Part shown: positions 49,440 to 62,529 of the stretch, one piece after another | Layout: each line of letters starts with the position of its first letter | Position numbering within the stretch: position 1 is the stretch's first letter | Origin: Lama glama | Lineage: Eukaryota | DNA length: 64,000 nt | Reading direction: 5' to 3' | NCBI GenBank assembly: GCA_028534125.1 | Contig: CM052832.1 | Coordinates: 10,046,001 to 10,110,000, forward strand | Notes under the pieces: generated by a model | Seen by the model: only the letters and a program-made list of their open reading frames with translations | Database searches by the model: none | What the model was told of the DNA's origin: nothing | Position numbers and translations under genes: made by a program

Positions 49440-49790
49440 GGGAATCAACAGGGATGCAAAAGGCAGATGTTGAGTGGGAAGTTGTCAGCCCTGGGCCTGG
49501 AAAGGAAGAGAAGGTGGTGGTTCCCTAAGTCAGTGAGTGCCACGGACTGGGTTTTCAGTGGGGGAACTTGGCCACTGCCAAAACCATTCAGCAGGGAGGA
49601 CACTGGGGGAACAAACACCCCCACTTCTTTCTTTCCTCCTCTGACCTTCTGCCAGTGCCTGCATTGACTGAACCCAAAGAAAGCAGGAAGACAGACTGCT
49701 GACAGATGCAGCCCAGAAGGGTCAGCCTCTGGGCACAGAGAAAGGGGAAGGTTGAGGGTGGATGCGGTGGGGCAAATGGGGACACTGAGC
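49440..49790. mobile_element. LTR33-like fragment (opposite orientation to the 48.4 kb copy)
   Basis: Reverse complement contains ctctgtgcccagaggctgacc...ggttcagtcaatgcaggcactggcagaagg. Confidence 0.55.
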
Positions 49791-50199
49791 ACAACTAGAT
49801 CCCGTCTGCCTAGGGTGGGGACAGAAGGGGCCAGCTCTCTGTGTTGGAAGCTACATGGTCTGTATTTCTCTTAACCTAAGTTTTCTCATCTGTAAACCCA
49901 GCGTAAGGATAACGTCCACTTCTTAGGACCGTATGAGGGGCAGCAAGCCGTGACTGCATCTGTGAAAATGCCCGGCTCGGCGACCACCACACTGTAGCAC
50001 GTGGCATGGTGGGTGGGGGCGGCTTTTCCCTCTCTGAGGCCGGGCACCCCCACACAGGGAGTTCTGGTGACCTCTCGAAGGAGAGACCCCATTCGCAGGC
50101 TGGCAGTGAACAGAGGTTCAAGACACAGAGCAGAAGCAGAAACCAGGACAAACTAGAGCAATCAAGAACAGCTTCTAGAGGGGGTGATTGGGACAAGTT

Positions 50200-50875
50200 T
50201 TGTTTTATTATTTTTAGACTTTTACTCCAGATATTTCAAACATACATTAAAATAGACAGAATAGTATAAAGAGCCCCCCTGGATCCCATCACTCAACCTC
50301 AACAACAAGCAATTCATGGGCAATCTTGTCCCATCTCGCCCTTTATTACTTTGAGGCAAATCACAGACACATCATTTCAGCCATATAGATTTCATATGTA
50401 TCTAAAAAAGGTATGGACTCTCTAAAAAATAACTTTAGTACCAATGTCACATAAAACACTAAAATTATGCCTTTAACCCCAGTAGCAACAAATATACCTA
50501 GCACCCAGATCCAGGTTTCCAGTCCCTTCTCCAACAAAAGGAACAAGGCTTCTCAGAGAAAAAAAAAACTGACTCTAGGACTGGGGCAAGAAAGATACAG
50601 GATGAACTTGGAGTGTCTAATGGTGCCAGAAAGCATGGGAGTGCTTAGAACAAAACAAAAGCAAAACCAAAAATCCCACACTGATAGAGTATGTCAAAGG
50701 GACCCAGGAGCCAAGGGAAATAGCTTTCAATGGCCAAAGTTGGAACAAATTGAGCAACAAAATAAATATAGTAGCATTGGATTATTACCCAAAGTATAAA
50801 ATAAATATCCCTGAGTCCATGCTGATAGAAATAATTAAATAAATAAACAAATGGAGAAGGAGTTACACTTTTTCA
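50200..50875. mobile_element. Old L1 3'-region fragments (L1ME-like, then L1MC/MD-like)
   Basis: atttcaaacatacattaaaatagacagaatagtataa; ctctaggactggggcaagaaagatacaggatga...tggtgccagaaag...ggccaaagttggaacaa. Confidence 0.75.
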
Positions 50876-52539
50876 ATTCCTTATCACATCAGAGTGACTT
50901 TTTTCTTTTTATGTCCATCTTTCTTTCTAACCAGCATTTTCTTACAGATTAGGACTTGTGGTCATCTTTGGTCATGCCTGTCCCTGAGAAGGATCTCCAG
51001 ATCCACTTGTCAAATGGACAAAAGGTCACGGAACCCACTAAACTCCAACCTACCCTCTCTGGTAGGGGAAGAGGTATCCTTGTCTCAGTCCTTCAAGGTC
51101 CAAACAAAATGAGCTCAAAGGTGCCAGCCACACCTCCAAATTCCATTGTGGCTTCACCAAACCTGGCCTGGGCAGACTCTCTGAAGTTTACTATATGCCA
51201 ATCTCTCCCAGATCTTGTGTCACAGATGGCTTCACAGATGGCCCTCAACTCATTTGGGGAGCTCTTAATTTCCCTGAAAGATGAGGCAGTCACTCCACTT
51301 CTTAATTCATGTGGTAGACTCTGGGAAGCAGGGTATTAGGACTTAGGTCAGGCAGAAGCATAGGGAATGAAGGGGAATCTTTCATACACCTGTAGGCCCA
51401 AAACCCATGTCCACGCTTCCCAGAGCTGGGAGGAGGATGAACCTGAACACCTGAACATAACACACTTAAGACCCCGCTTGAGCAGGAAGCAAGGCTGAAG
51501 GTAGGAAATTCAGAGGGCTGAGATGAGCTCTCAGGGGAGGGGAGCCCTCTGGGCATTCTGGGTTCTAGCTTTCTCTTATATACCCCCATGCTAGAGTCTT
51601 CTGCTGCAGGAGCCCCCAGAATCCACCAGACACTGTTTTCCCATTTTCTCTTTCAGGGCTCCCCCCACCCCCAGTTTTCCCAAAGATGCCCCCAACACAA
51701 TGGACTTCTCAAGGACTGCCATCAAAATCTCTCCCCACCCCAAGAAGCTGTCCTCCCACCTGAGGTTCCTTCCTCCTTCTCCCTTTGATATCAGCCAACT
51801 TGATGATATTTCAACTCAGAGATTGAAGAGAAATTTACACACTAACTCTGAATTCAATTAGGTTACAAGTAGGACCTATATTTGTACAGTAATGTAGCTG
51901 GAATCCTAGGGTTGGATTGATTTCTGAGCAAACAAGCAAAGAGCATTCAGGAATTTCTTTGGCACCACGATTGGAAAGGGGACCTCCAGCCTGTGCTGAG
52001 ACATTTGTAGTGACAGGAGGCTCAGTGCCTCACAAGGCTGCCCATTCTGCTGCAAAATAACCCTGAACCACCAGAAATATTTTCCTTGTTTTGAACCACA
52101 ACTGAGACTCCTGTTTTTGATGTGTGTGTGTGTGTGAGAGAGAGTGTGTGTGTTTGGATGTGCATGGAGGACGCACTACTAAGCACAACCAGTTTTCTTG
52201 GGGAAAGAAGTTATGTTGTTGTTATGCAGAGTTTCATAACCTGATTTCCTGTACCTGCCTGAGTTGCTGGTTTCAATGCGGCATCACATAAGTTTATCTA
52301 TGCAAATATTCCTTGGCCCTGGGGCTGAGGGGCCTAGGGTCTGAAGAAGGGGAGGTGATGAGATGAGGAAGATTGAGAATAGGAGGGAGGAGGAACATCT
52401 GAGGAAAGGAGGTAGCCTGCACAAAGGCAAGTGTGGGGAGGAGGAGGCTGGGCTGGTATGGTAACTTGGGGTTGGCAAAAGAAAGAAGGAAATCCAGAGG
52501 TCTTCCATTCACAAAAATCTTCAGAAAAAGGGCTGTCCT

Positions 52540-52745
52540 CACTGGCAACCTTGGGCAAGAGAGCTAATCTCTCAGAGCCTCAGTGTTTTCATCTGGAAAG
52601 TGGGTATAATATTAATACCCATATCCTAGACTTGTGGAAATTAGACGAGACAAACTGAGCAATAGTGCCTGGCACATACTAAATGTTAATACAATATGGA
52701 ATATATTATATATAATACAATATTATATTACAAATAATACACTAT
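52540..52745. mobile_element. MIR with AT-rich decayed tail
   Basis: ccttgggcaagagagctaatctctcagagcctcagtgttttcatctg...agtgcctggcacat. Confidence 0.8.
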
Positions 52746-53569
52746 TTACTCTTTTCTGAGCCCGAATTCTCCTTCCAGCTTCAGAATCTGGGCTCCCTTT
52801 CAGCATCTGTTTAAGAAATCCGTTCTTCCCACGTGTGTGGTTCTGCTCCCTGCTGCAGACAGCAGCCATCACTGGGTGGGGCAGGCAGAGGCTCCCCTGT
52901 TGATTACTCAGGGTTTCCAGGGCCCTTGCAGAGCCTCCCTGCTCCTCCTCCTCCTCTCCAGGCGGCTCCCAGATCCTGAGGGACAGGCAGTGTGTATGTT
53001 TGGAGAGGGAGGGAGTCTTCCCCCAGTTATTATACCCAGAGTCAGCATCCCAGAGCTAGGCCCTTGGGCTCTCTGTGCTCACTGCATTGGGCATCAGCAC
53101 TAGCCTCCTCCTCTTCCCAGCCCTACAGGGGTCCTGATGGCTGGGCAGTCAGGCAATCTATGTGCTAGCCTGGGCTCTTACACAAACTTGCTGGGTAACT
53201 TTGGGTAAGTCCTCCCCCTCGCTGAGCCTGAGTTTGCTCCTGTGATTAAAAAAGGAGAAAAGAATGCCGATTCCATGATTTGATGATGTAAGTTTTTCAG
53301 ATGGAGAAAGGGAAGGGGAAGTAAAGGAAACCAGGGCTTTTACCCAGGAGAGCCCAGTCACTGGTTTTCAAGGCAAAGCGTTTGGGAGGTGGGATTATCT
53401 GAGTAACTCTCCAATCACCCAGGTCACTGCAGGAATGGAGACCTAGTTTGACCAACTCCCAGACTCACAGAACACATCCCTCTGCTTTTCTTCTCTGGTT
53501 CCAGCCGGGCCTCTTCCAGGGGCTTTAACCCTGTTTACAGAAATGGGAATTTGCATGATGAAAATAACC

Positions 53570-54620
53570 CCAGCCGGACTGCGATTTTACTGAGCTTGGC
53601 ACAGGGCTCGGAAAAAGCGGCTGCATAGCCAATTACTGGAATTTTTAAACACAAATAATATTTTATGGGATCAGTGGGCTGGCGCGGGGCCGCCGCACCC
53701 GGCAAGGCTCCTCCGCCCACAAACAAGCTCCGATTGTGCCGCGGGCGAGCGCGCCAGTCGCGGGGTGGGAGGTGCGGTGGGGGTACCCGGGCGGGCCGGG
53801 GTCCCGGCGCAGGCAGGTGCAGCGTGGGGCTCGGCCGCCCGGGCGCCGGCGGGCGGGAAACGTCGGCGAGGCCCGGGCCGTGGTGGGAGGGAGCGCCGGG
53901 CGCCCGGCTCACCTGCAGCGCCGCGCCTGGAAGCGTTTAGCACGAAAGGGCGCGCCCAGCACGATGCTCCCCCGCCCGGCGGCCGCCCGCTGGGCCTGGC
54001 CCGGGCCCCGCGCCCTTGGCATGGCCGTGGCCGCCTCGCCGCCTCCGGAAGGCCGGCTTCCCGGAACGGCCCGAGGGCGGCGGGGAATCCGCGCCGAGGC
54101 CCTGGAGCCACCCCTCGCCTTCCCAATCCAGCCCAAGCCGCGCTGGCGCGCTGGAGGCCGACGCCGGAGCCGCGGGCTGCACCCAAGAGGCCAATGTCGG
54201 TCCAGGACGCAGCCCAGGGGACTGGGATCTCCCCGTTGTCCCTCCAGAGGTCCCCATTCCCTTGCACCCCGAGCCCGCCGGGCCTGGCCGAGGTCCCCGG
54301 GAGACTAGCCATCCAGGCAGCCGCGCATTCCCCTGCCCGGGGCTTGTCCTCCGCGGTCCGCACGTCTTCCCCAGAGGAGCGCCCAGTCCCAGCACGTACA
54401 GGGTTAAACAGGAGCAGGTGTGTCGCCAGATGCCGCTCACCACCCCTCTCCCCGCAGCCCTGTCGGCCTCCTCCTCCTCCGCCCACCCGCTCAGAACCAA
54501 ACAGTCCCAAATAAAAGTGCTATTGTTGCCTTTCCCCACCCCCGTCGTTGCCCCGCCACCTGGAGCAGAGCCCGGTCCCCTCTTCACCTGCCCCGGGGCC
54601 GGCCAGGGGGAGGGGAAGTG
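53570..54620. promoter_or_regulatory. Strong CpG island without a recognisable coding exon
   Basis: ~1 kb of very high GC and CpG content. The AT-rich left shoulder carries an octamer (ATTTGCAT, 53549-53556), Fox sites (tgtttac, taaaca) and tttatgg. Confidence 0.9.
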
Positions 54621-55769
54621 GGGCCTCCAAGCGGGGACTTCCGCTCCTCCCTGGCCCTCAGCATCCCCTCCCCCAGTGCCCCCGGCACTGACCCCTGGGC
54701 CAGCGGTGGGGGCCGTGCCGTGGAGGGTAGAGGGCTCCTTTCTGGTCTGAGAACTGGGTTCTGGCCTCCCCTCGCTCCTCTCTCTAGCCCCTCAACCTCA
54801 CTGGCTAGACCAGCTGCAGGGTGTGCAAAGCTGGAGAACAGTAGGCCCCTTCGAGGCCACCAGGGCAGTGCCAGCCTGTCTTGGCAATTGGCAGCTGGTA
54901 TTTTTAAACATTTGTGTGTCAAGTCAGGGACAGCGGGGTAAGAGTGATGATTCCCTTTTCACAGACCAAGAAACAGAGGTAGGTAGAGGTGAAGTGTCTA
55001 GCCACAAGTCAGGAGGCTGGGTAATGTCAGGGCTTTGCTCAGAACTGTCTGTGGGCTCCCCTAGCACTGTCAAGCCTCGGGCACTCATTTGATGGACAAA
55101 AAAATGGGGGACCCCAGAGACCGGCAGCCTGCCACCACCGTGGACTCACTGTAGGACCTTGGACTCGTTACCCTTCCTCGGGTTTCCTCATTCTTAAATC
55201 GATGAGGGTGGACTAGCGTAATTCCTGAATTCTCTTGAATCCAAGGGGCTGGCTGACCCCCGGAAGTCTGGGGGCTGTGGTGGGACCCCACGAGTGATCG
55301 AGGCAGCCATGGTCTGTTCAGAGGGAAGAAAATGTTTCCCCTCTTGCTCCCCATCTCCGCCAGCCTCCCCCGCCCTGCCTCCATCCCTCCTGCCGGCCCC
55401 AGGGAGGCTGAACTACGAGGTTAAATAAATATCTGACGGTGACTCAAGGAAACTAGTCAAGACTGTTGCCGGGAGAAGAAACCCAGACCTCTGTGAAGAT
55501 CCGCCCCCGAGCCCGAGCAGCCCCCCGCTCCGCCCCTGATGCCTGCAGAGCCCTGGCCCCCTCGGGCCTCGCCCAAGTGCCCCAGGATAGCCAACCCCCT
55601 CTCCCCGACCTGCTCCAGCTTTGTGAGTTGGCACCACTGGGGCTGGGGGCGTGCGCGCATGGTTACCGTATTTCCTCTCCTTGCGCCCTCGGTTTTGAGC
55701 GCAGGTATTTAACTTCTCCAGCTCACGGGAGAGTCCTCTCCATTCTATGAAAAGTTGGGAGGCTGGAGA

Positions 55770-56725
55770 TTTTGCTTTTGTTCTCTTAATCTCACTCCTG
55801 ACCTGCCGACCTGCCAATCCTGTTTCCTATTTCCACGTGAACGTCTAGCGGGCACCTCAAACTCATCTTGTCCAGCTTTGCCATTCTGATCCTTCGCCCA
55901 GACCTGCTCCTTTCAGTCTTCTCCATCTCCGAAAAGGGCAACTTCAGTTGCTCCAGAAGAAAATCTTGGAATTATTCTTAATCCTCTCTCTTTCTGTCAT
56001 CATTCATCCAAATACCTTAGCGAATCTGGTTTACTTTGCCTTCAAAATATGTCCAGTATCCTCACTACTTCCCCTCTTGCCCCATTCTCTAACCCACCAT
56101 CTTCTCTTGCCTGGAATATCACAACACCTCTTAACTTGTCAGTCTGTGTCCCTTGTACCCCTCAGTCTATTCTCAGCAGAGCAGCCAGGGTTATCTTTTT
56201 AAAACCAAAGTCGGATCATGTCCCTCTTCTGCTCAAAAATCTAATGGCTGCATATCTTGCTCAGAGAAAAGTGTCCTTCCAAGACCCCGGATGATCTGAT
56301 CACCTTTCTGCCCTTTTTGCCCCCTCCTCTCCCCTTCATTCTACTCCAACCACACTGGTCTCTTAACTGTTCTACAGGCAGGACAGCACACTTCTGCCTC
56401 AGGGCCTTTGCACTTGCAATTCCCTCTGCCTGGAATAATCTTTTCTCAGATTCCTACAGTGCTTTCTCACTCACTTTGTTGAGGCTCTCCCTACCCCCTC
56501 ATCAATACACACAGGCTCCTGACTATCTGTCCTATCTCAGCAGCTTGTATCACCATCTAACATGCTACATATTTACCTGCTAATTTGTTTGTCTATCTCC
56601 TCCCACTAGATTGTAGATGCTATGAGGGCAGAGACTTAAAAAAAAAAAAGCCTCAGCCTGAGAACAGAGCTTCATACATAGTGGACACTCAGTAAATATT
56701 TGTTGAATGAATGAGTCAGTGAAGG
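55770..56725. mobile_element. L2 (L2a-like) fragment with 3' end
   Basis: ggcacctcaaactca...cagtctattctcagcagagcagccag...ctgcctcagggcctttgcacttgc...aaatatttgttgaatgaatga. Confidence 0.9.
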
Positions 56726-57379
56726 AATGACCTGGTCACCTCCCCTTCCTGGGCCTTACTTTCCTCACTTGTACAAGTGAGTTGGATCCAACGAAAGTCC
56801 CCTCAGCTTTGAGAGTCCCCTGGCTCCTCTTAAACCTTACCTGACAAACATCCAGTCCTAGGCCTTCTGCAACTCGCCTGCTGGGGCGGTGGGGGGGCTG
56901 GGAGTATAGGCTGGGTTTTGTGGGAGGGGAGATCTGAAGCTAGGCTTGCTTGGAGAAAGCTGGTCAGTAGGAGATGGAAGATGAGTGCCACCCCTCCCCC
57001 CATCGAAGGCCCTGCCCTCTTCCTCTCACTCCCATGGACCACTCTCCGCTCTGACCAGAAGGCTTTTGGTCACCTGGAGAAGCTGAGCCCCGGGAATGCC
57101 AGCTGTATAAAATAACCCCCTGAAGTGTGGAGGGCTGGCAGTTTAGAGGGGCTGAAGGTAGGCTGAGGAGGGTTCTGAAGGATCTTCAGAAATATGGAAT
57201 TGTCACCTTTCCTGATACTTGAGGGGTCAGAAGAGGTAAGATGGAAAGGGTATGCTCATCAGTCATGCATTTGTTCAGGCCAAATATGCTTAAAATGCCC
57301 ATGTACAAGGGTCCCCAGGCATAGGCACTGCCGTAGAGGGGAGAAGGGAGCAGTACCCAAGATGAGTCTTTGATGGCTG

Positions 57380-58060
57380 AGCTGAGCTTTTAATAGGCCC
57401 TGGGAGTCCAAGATGAATAAGACTCAGTTCCCTCTCTGGGGAAGATCAGACTAGTATCTAATAGATTTTTTTTTTAACAATGATTGATGTGTTACAATTA
57501 GGCAACTGATTTGGGAGCAGACAGAGGGAAGATCTCAACTCTTTCCATGGTGAGAGGGGATGAGGGGATGTCAAAGGAGGCCTCCAGGAGGAGGTGGCAT
57601 ACCTGAGCAAGACTTGAAAGATACAGAAAGGAGGATATGGCTTTTGGCGATCCAGAAGGTGAGAGTGAGGGATAGAAAGTAGAATCAAGGTATCAGAGAG
57701 CTCTGTGCTGGTGTTGACCAGCACCAGGCAAAGGAGGCTTACCCCAGGGAGGTGGCACCCTATCCAGAGGGCCCATTCATTCATCCATTCATTCAAGAAG
57801 CATCCCTGAAGGTCCTCCATATGTCTAGGCTGGGGCAAAGCTCTGGAGGAGGCAGGGGGCATGCAGAGTGAGACCTGGGCCAGTGATCAGGAGACTTGGG
57901 CCATAAACAGCTCTGGTCTGTGTGACCCTGGAACCTCTCTGAGCTTTAGTTCTCCCAACTGTAGAGGCAACAGATAATTCCACCTGCACTGCAGGACTCA
58001 CGGATTATGCTGAGGATCAAATGAGACAATCTCACCATGTGCAGTTCAAAGTGTATGACA
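57380..58060. mobile_element. L2 fragments and MIR
   Basis: aggcctccaggaggaggtggcatacctgagcaagacttgaaag (L2), (cattcatt)n, and ctctctgagctttagttctcc...gaggatcaaatgaga (MIR). Confidence 0.7.
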
Positions 58061-59489
58061 GAGGGACAGGAAACAACACAAAGCAAGATCTGAGTCCTTC
58101 AAGAGCTTGGAGCATGGTCTTTGTAGCTTAGAGGCCCCTCTCTTGGTCTCCCAACTTTCTATTTCAATTCAGGTCTTGGGGCCCCCTGGGACTGGCTGAC
58201 TCCCTCCCTAGTTTCACACTTGAGTTGGCTTCCTTCGAGACCCCAGACATCCAAATGAATGCTCCCCCTTGTGGCACTTCATGGAATAACAGATTTCTGA
58301 GCAAGAAGAGATTGGGGCCGAGTCGACCACAAAAAGGGAGGTGGAAGAGCCCAGAAGAGGAAGAACTTGAAGACCTGGGAAAGGAACAGGGCAAATTGGT
58401 GAAAGAAGTGAATCTTGAAACAGAATGTTAGACTAGAAGGGACTTGGGACCTCCTTCCACACCCCATTTTACAGATGAGGAAACTGAGGTTCAGGGAAAT
58501 GAAAGTTAGAGGCAGGACCATGACTCAGGTGTCCATACACTTGTATGCTGGATTCATTCCATTACACCAATGCAATGAAGAGTGAACATTGAAAATTCCC
58601 TCTACATCTGGCAGATGTCCCCCAGAGGGTCTCTGACTTATGTAGCAGTCTCCCCCAGGGCAAAGATTGCCTAATGCTAAAGACTCGGCTGCTGGAGTGG
58701 CTGGTATTAACTCAGAGTTAATATATTCTGGATCCAGAGATAAGAAATAGACAATTCGCCTGGATTTTTCTCTTTTTACTGCGGTATAGGTGCAGGGATG
58801 AGGATGGGAACACAACTAAATCCACAACTAAATGACCAACTCAACGAGAGGGGTGTGTATATGGCAGCTGTAAGAATAGAGTACTTTATCTAAAAAAATT
58901 TAACCTACATCTTCTAATTTAGTTCTTGCTGCTATTATTAGCCCACTTTAGAGATGAGAACAATGAGTCACCAAAGCAACAAACTGACTTTCCAAGGTCC
59001 AGAAGAACATTAGGGAAGGACGAATGTGGTGCATACAGAAGGCACTGATAGATGCCATCTCGTGCCTGTGAGATTGCCTTGTTTTACTGAGCTGATTTCA
59101 GGAAGAACTCTTCCCAACCTGTGGTCCTCTCCTACCACTGAGATTTCTGCTGCCTTCCTTGGATCCTGGCAGCCTGGAGGGGCCTCTGGCTTTATGTTTA
59201 AGATAAGGGATGAGGTGGTGGGTGGGCAGAAAAAAATGCAGCAGCAGAAGAGGGGATGCCTGCCTGCACTGAGCTGAGGGGCTTTTAAATACCCTCATTT
59301 GAGTCACTGGGTGGTTGAAGGCAGGCCTGGATTTCTGATCATCTCGGGGATTGGAAAGCAAAGGTGGGCTCAAGAGCCACTATAAAAATGTACTAGGAGC
59401 CAGAAGGCCCCGTTGCCCTGGCCCATTGCTACATCAGTAGGGTGCTCAGTGGTTGGAGAAAACCCTGGGACCAGGGGGTGGAACACAGT

Positions 59490-59735
59490 ATAGAGCAGTG
59501 GTTGGGAATGGAGGCTGCTTGGGTTCACATCCCAACTTCCTCACTTACCAAATCTGTGGCCCCAGCTTCACTTCTCTGTGCCCCAGTTTTCTTATCAGCA
59601 AAATGGAGAATAATAGTTCCTACCCAAAGATTGTTGGAAGCATTAAATGAATGAACCATGTGGAGTATTTAGGAAAATGCCTGGCATGTAGTAAATACTC
59701 AATAAATGTAATCTATTATTAGATTATTATTATTT
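59490..59735. mobile_element. MIR SINE
   Basis: tgggttcacatccca...cagttttcttatcagcaaaatggagaataat...gcctggcatgtagtaaatactcaataaatg. Confidence 0.85.
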
Positions 59736-60134
59736 GAGTTAGAATATCATCACCTGTGCAGTGAAGGAGGTTGAGTTGGATGAGTGATTTCCAGTTATAA
59801 TTTTCCACAGCTCTTTTCCCTGAGGGCATGTGTTTACAGGGTTGATTCACAGGACCAGAGCATCCCAAGATTCCTGGACCTGTTATTCTGTGCTTTGGGG
59901 GTTATCTGCTGAGTCTGGAGGGTGTAATGTCCAGGGGAGTACCATGCTGGATGACTGGAGACCATGATCCCAAACCTGGCAGCTTAAGCTTTGGTACCCA
60001 GAGGGATCCTGGGGTGAGTCCCAGGGAACTGAAGTTCCTGGACGTCCTGCATCCAGCCTGTCCCTGGGGGGTGGGTTTGGGGGGAGGAGGAAAGAGAGGC
60101 CTTCGTGGGAGAAGGCAGGCAGGGAAAGTTCCTT

Positions 60135-60425
60135 GCCCATCGTGTTTACTGAACTGCACTGAATTATGACTAAATGCCAAGATCTGGCTTCAGGCAATTG
60201 CCTAAATCATTTAGGGGTTGACAGAGGAGGGAGGGAGGGGACATGGGGAGCTTGGGGGAGAATGTTCTTGTAATTCTTCAGTCTGAGGTACATTAAGGAG
60301 CCATAAGCCATGTCGAGAGCTTGAATTACATTAGAGAGATTATCCTGTTACAGTTCATAATCCTGGATAATATACCGTCTTGGAGCACACCTGCCCATGA
60401 TAAATCTCACCCCATAATGGCCTGA
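60135..60425. promoter_or_regulatory. Putative enhancer-like element
   Basis: tgtttac (Fox), taaatcat (PBX-HOX-like), gaattatg, cattaag, gaattaca, ccataatgg; stacked palindromes. Confidence 0.5.
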
Positions 60426-61559
60426 CCCTGGGGACCCAGGGAGGCTGGGGCAGCTGGCAGGGGCTAGCAGCATGAACACAGCCTTGGCAGAGGCCCTGGT
60501 GAGACCTCTTGACTCATCTTTGTGCCCCCGATTCCTTTCTTGGCCCAGATGCAGCGGGGGGCACCAAACTTCTCCATCTCCATTCAAGGCGCTTGGCTCC
60601 CTAGCCCTCTTCTCACCTTAACTGCCACCCCATGAGCCCACGTCTTGCCCTGGTGGGACAGACCCTTGGCATCCCTGTCTCCAGGCTCTCCTCTCCCTGA
60701 ACGCCTTCTCCCTAATCTCTCTAAACCCAGACGGATTTCATGGTCCCTGAAGACCCCTCAGAGGACATACACTGACACCCTCTTTAGCTCCATCCCTTGT
60801 GAAGGGGTATGTCACCTGCCATCTATGTGTTTCTGAGTATCTGTCTCCCCAGCTAGAATACAAGTACCGTGAAATCAGGAACCGTGACTTCTGCCACGGC
60901 ACTTAGCACAGAGAGGCGAGGTAACTTGTCCAAGGTCACACAACTAGTTAGTGGCAAAATCAGGGTTCGACCCCCACTCGCCTGGCTCCACAGTCTGTGC
61001 TTTTGGCCACTCGGGAACACTGTCTCTCTGACCTGAGAGCTCTGTCCTGTGCCACGCATGGGCCTGGCCCCACTTTCCGTGAGCCATCACATCCTTACTA
61101 GATTCTATTTGCCTTCTGCTGGGGACCCTCATGAGCCAAAGGGATGACTCTCCGGTGGTGGATCTTAGGGTTGGATGGCACCTGAGTCTCCTAGATTCAC
61201 CCCCAGCCTTTTAAGTGGCCCACTCCCTGTGTGCCCTCACTAACTCCCCCACTAGTCTGGCAGCCCTATCCCAGCCCTACACCCTCTCTTCCCCTGGTCA
61301 TTGCTTGGCCCCCTGCTCCTGGCAGGCTTGGTGGTATCTGGGTGCCTGCCCTGGCTCTCTCTGTATGACACCCCAAGCTCCATCAGCCTCAGATTCTGCT
61401 TTACTCCTCCCACCTTCCTTCCCCAAACACATATTTCATGGGTACCTCTACCTGGGGGCATGTGGAGTGGAGGGTACATTTCTGGGTCTCCTGGGGCTGG
61501 CTGTGCTACTGGGGGTTCAGCTAACATAAGTCACTCTGGGTCTTGAAGCCACGGCTATC

Positions 61560-61800
61560 ATTTATCAAGTGCTCACCAAGTGCCAAGCATCAGGTTCATG
61601 CTTTTTGCCTGCATCATCTCATGAACCCCTATGTGATAGGCACTACAGAATTTCTATTTCACAGATAAGAAAGTTGAGGCTTAGAGTGGTTAAAAACTGT
61701 CACAGGTCAACACCTAGTAAAGTGCAGAGCTGGAGTTCAAACCCACGCCTACAAGTCCCAGAGCACATTCCCTTAACCCTCGATGCCACACTGTCCCCTG
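61560..61800. mobile_element. MIR SINE
   Basis: tttcacagataagaaagttgaggcttagagtggttaa...gcagagctggagttcaaaccca. Confidence 0.85.
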
Positions 61801-62529
61801 ACGGTGAGTGTCAGATGCCCTGGGCTGCCTCCCCAGCTCTGTCTCCACCCAGGCTCATCCTTCTCCATCCCTTCTCACCCCTGCTAGCATCTCTAGCACC
61901 CTCCTCCCTACCTTTCTCTTGCCAAGTTCCAGAACTCCCTTGCATTCCAAGTCACTCAGTGCGCCAAGGATTCATTCCCCCTCTGTGCACCTCCACATCA
62001 TTCATCCAGAGACAGAACCACACCTGTGTGACCATCCACCCGTCCACTCACTCCCGTCATTCATTTGTGGAATCCTGGAATGTCAGGGCTCGAAGGGGCT
62101 TTGGAGATTATCTGGTCCAGTGGCTTTTAAACTAGCATGCATTTTTTACAGAAAGGCTTTGGTGGAGGTTCTATAGAGGAATCAGATCAGTGAGGGTTGG
62201 GGGTGGTATTGGGAGGATGGGGGTGGTGTCCAGGGTCCAGCCTTCTCACCCCACCCCCTGCTCTGTACCCCCAGAGTGCAGTTGGCCCTGGAGCTGTGTC
62301 CAGATACCCAGTCCACAAGAACCTGTTGCCTTCAGTCACAGACTAAGGGTTTACCATTACAGCAACTCATTCTCCCCAACCTCTGAGCTGCACAGACCTG
62401 GGTCCTAACCTCAAGCTCCCCATCTCTACTTACAGAGCTGCCTGACCTTGGGCAAATAAATTGAGTAAGCTTTACACCCTGTATCTGTTTCCTTTTCTAA
62501 AAAATGGGAATAGTAACAGGACCTACACG

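Noticed and set aside
50956..51339. 127-aa ORF in unique sequence
   Set aside because: No ATG at the called start, no recognisable family and no evident exon boundaries.
52690..52745. AT-rich palindrome tattatatataata (52704-52717)
   Set aside because: Low-complexity expansion at the tail of a MIR.
53665..54750. Overlapping 190-279 aa ORFs on both strands
   Set aside because: Pro/Arg/Gly/Ala-rich open frames in nearly all frames are the expected CpG-island artefact.
31302..56190. Shared tcagtctattctcagca.agcagccag at ~31302 and ~56162
   Set aside because: Both are independent L2 copies, not a segmental duplication.
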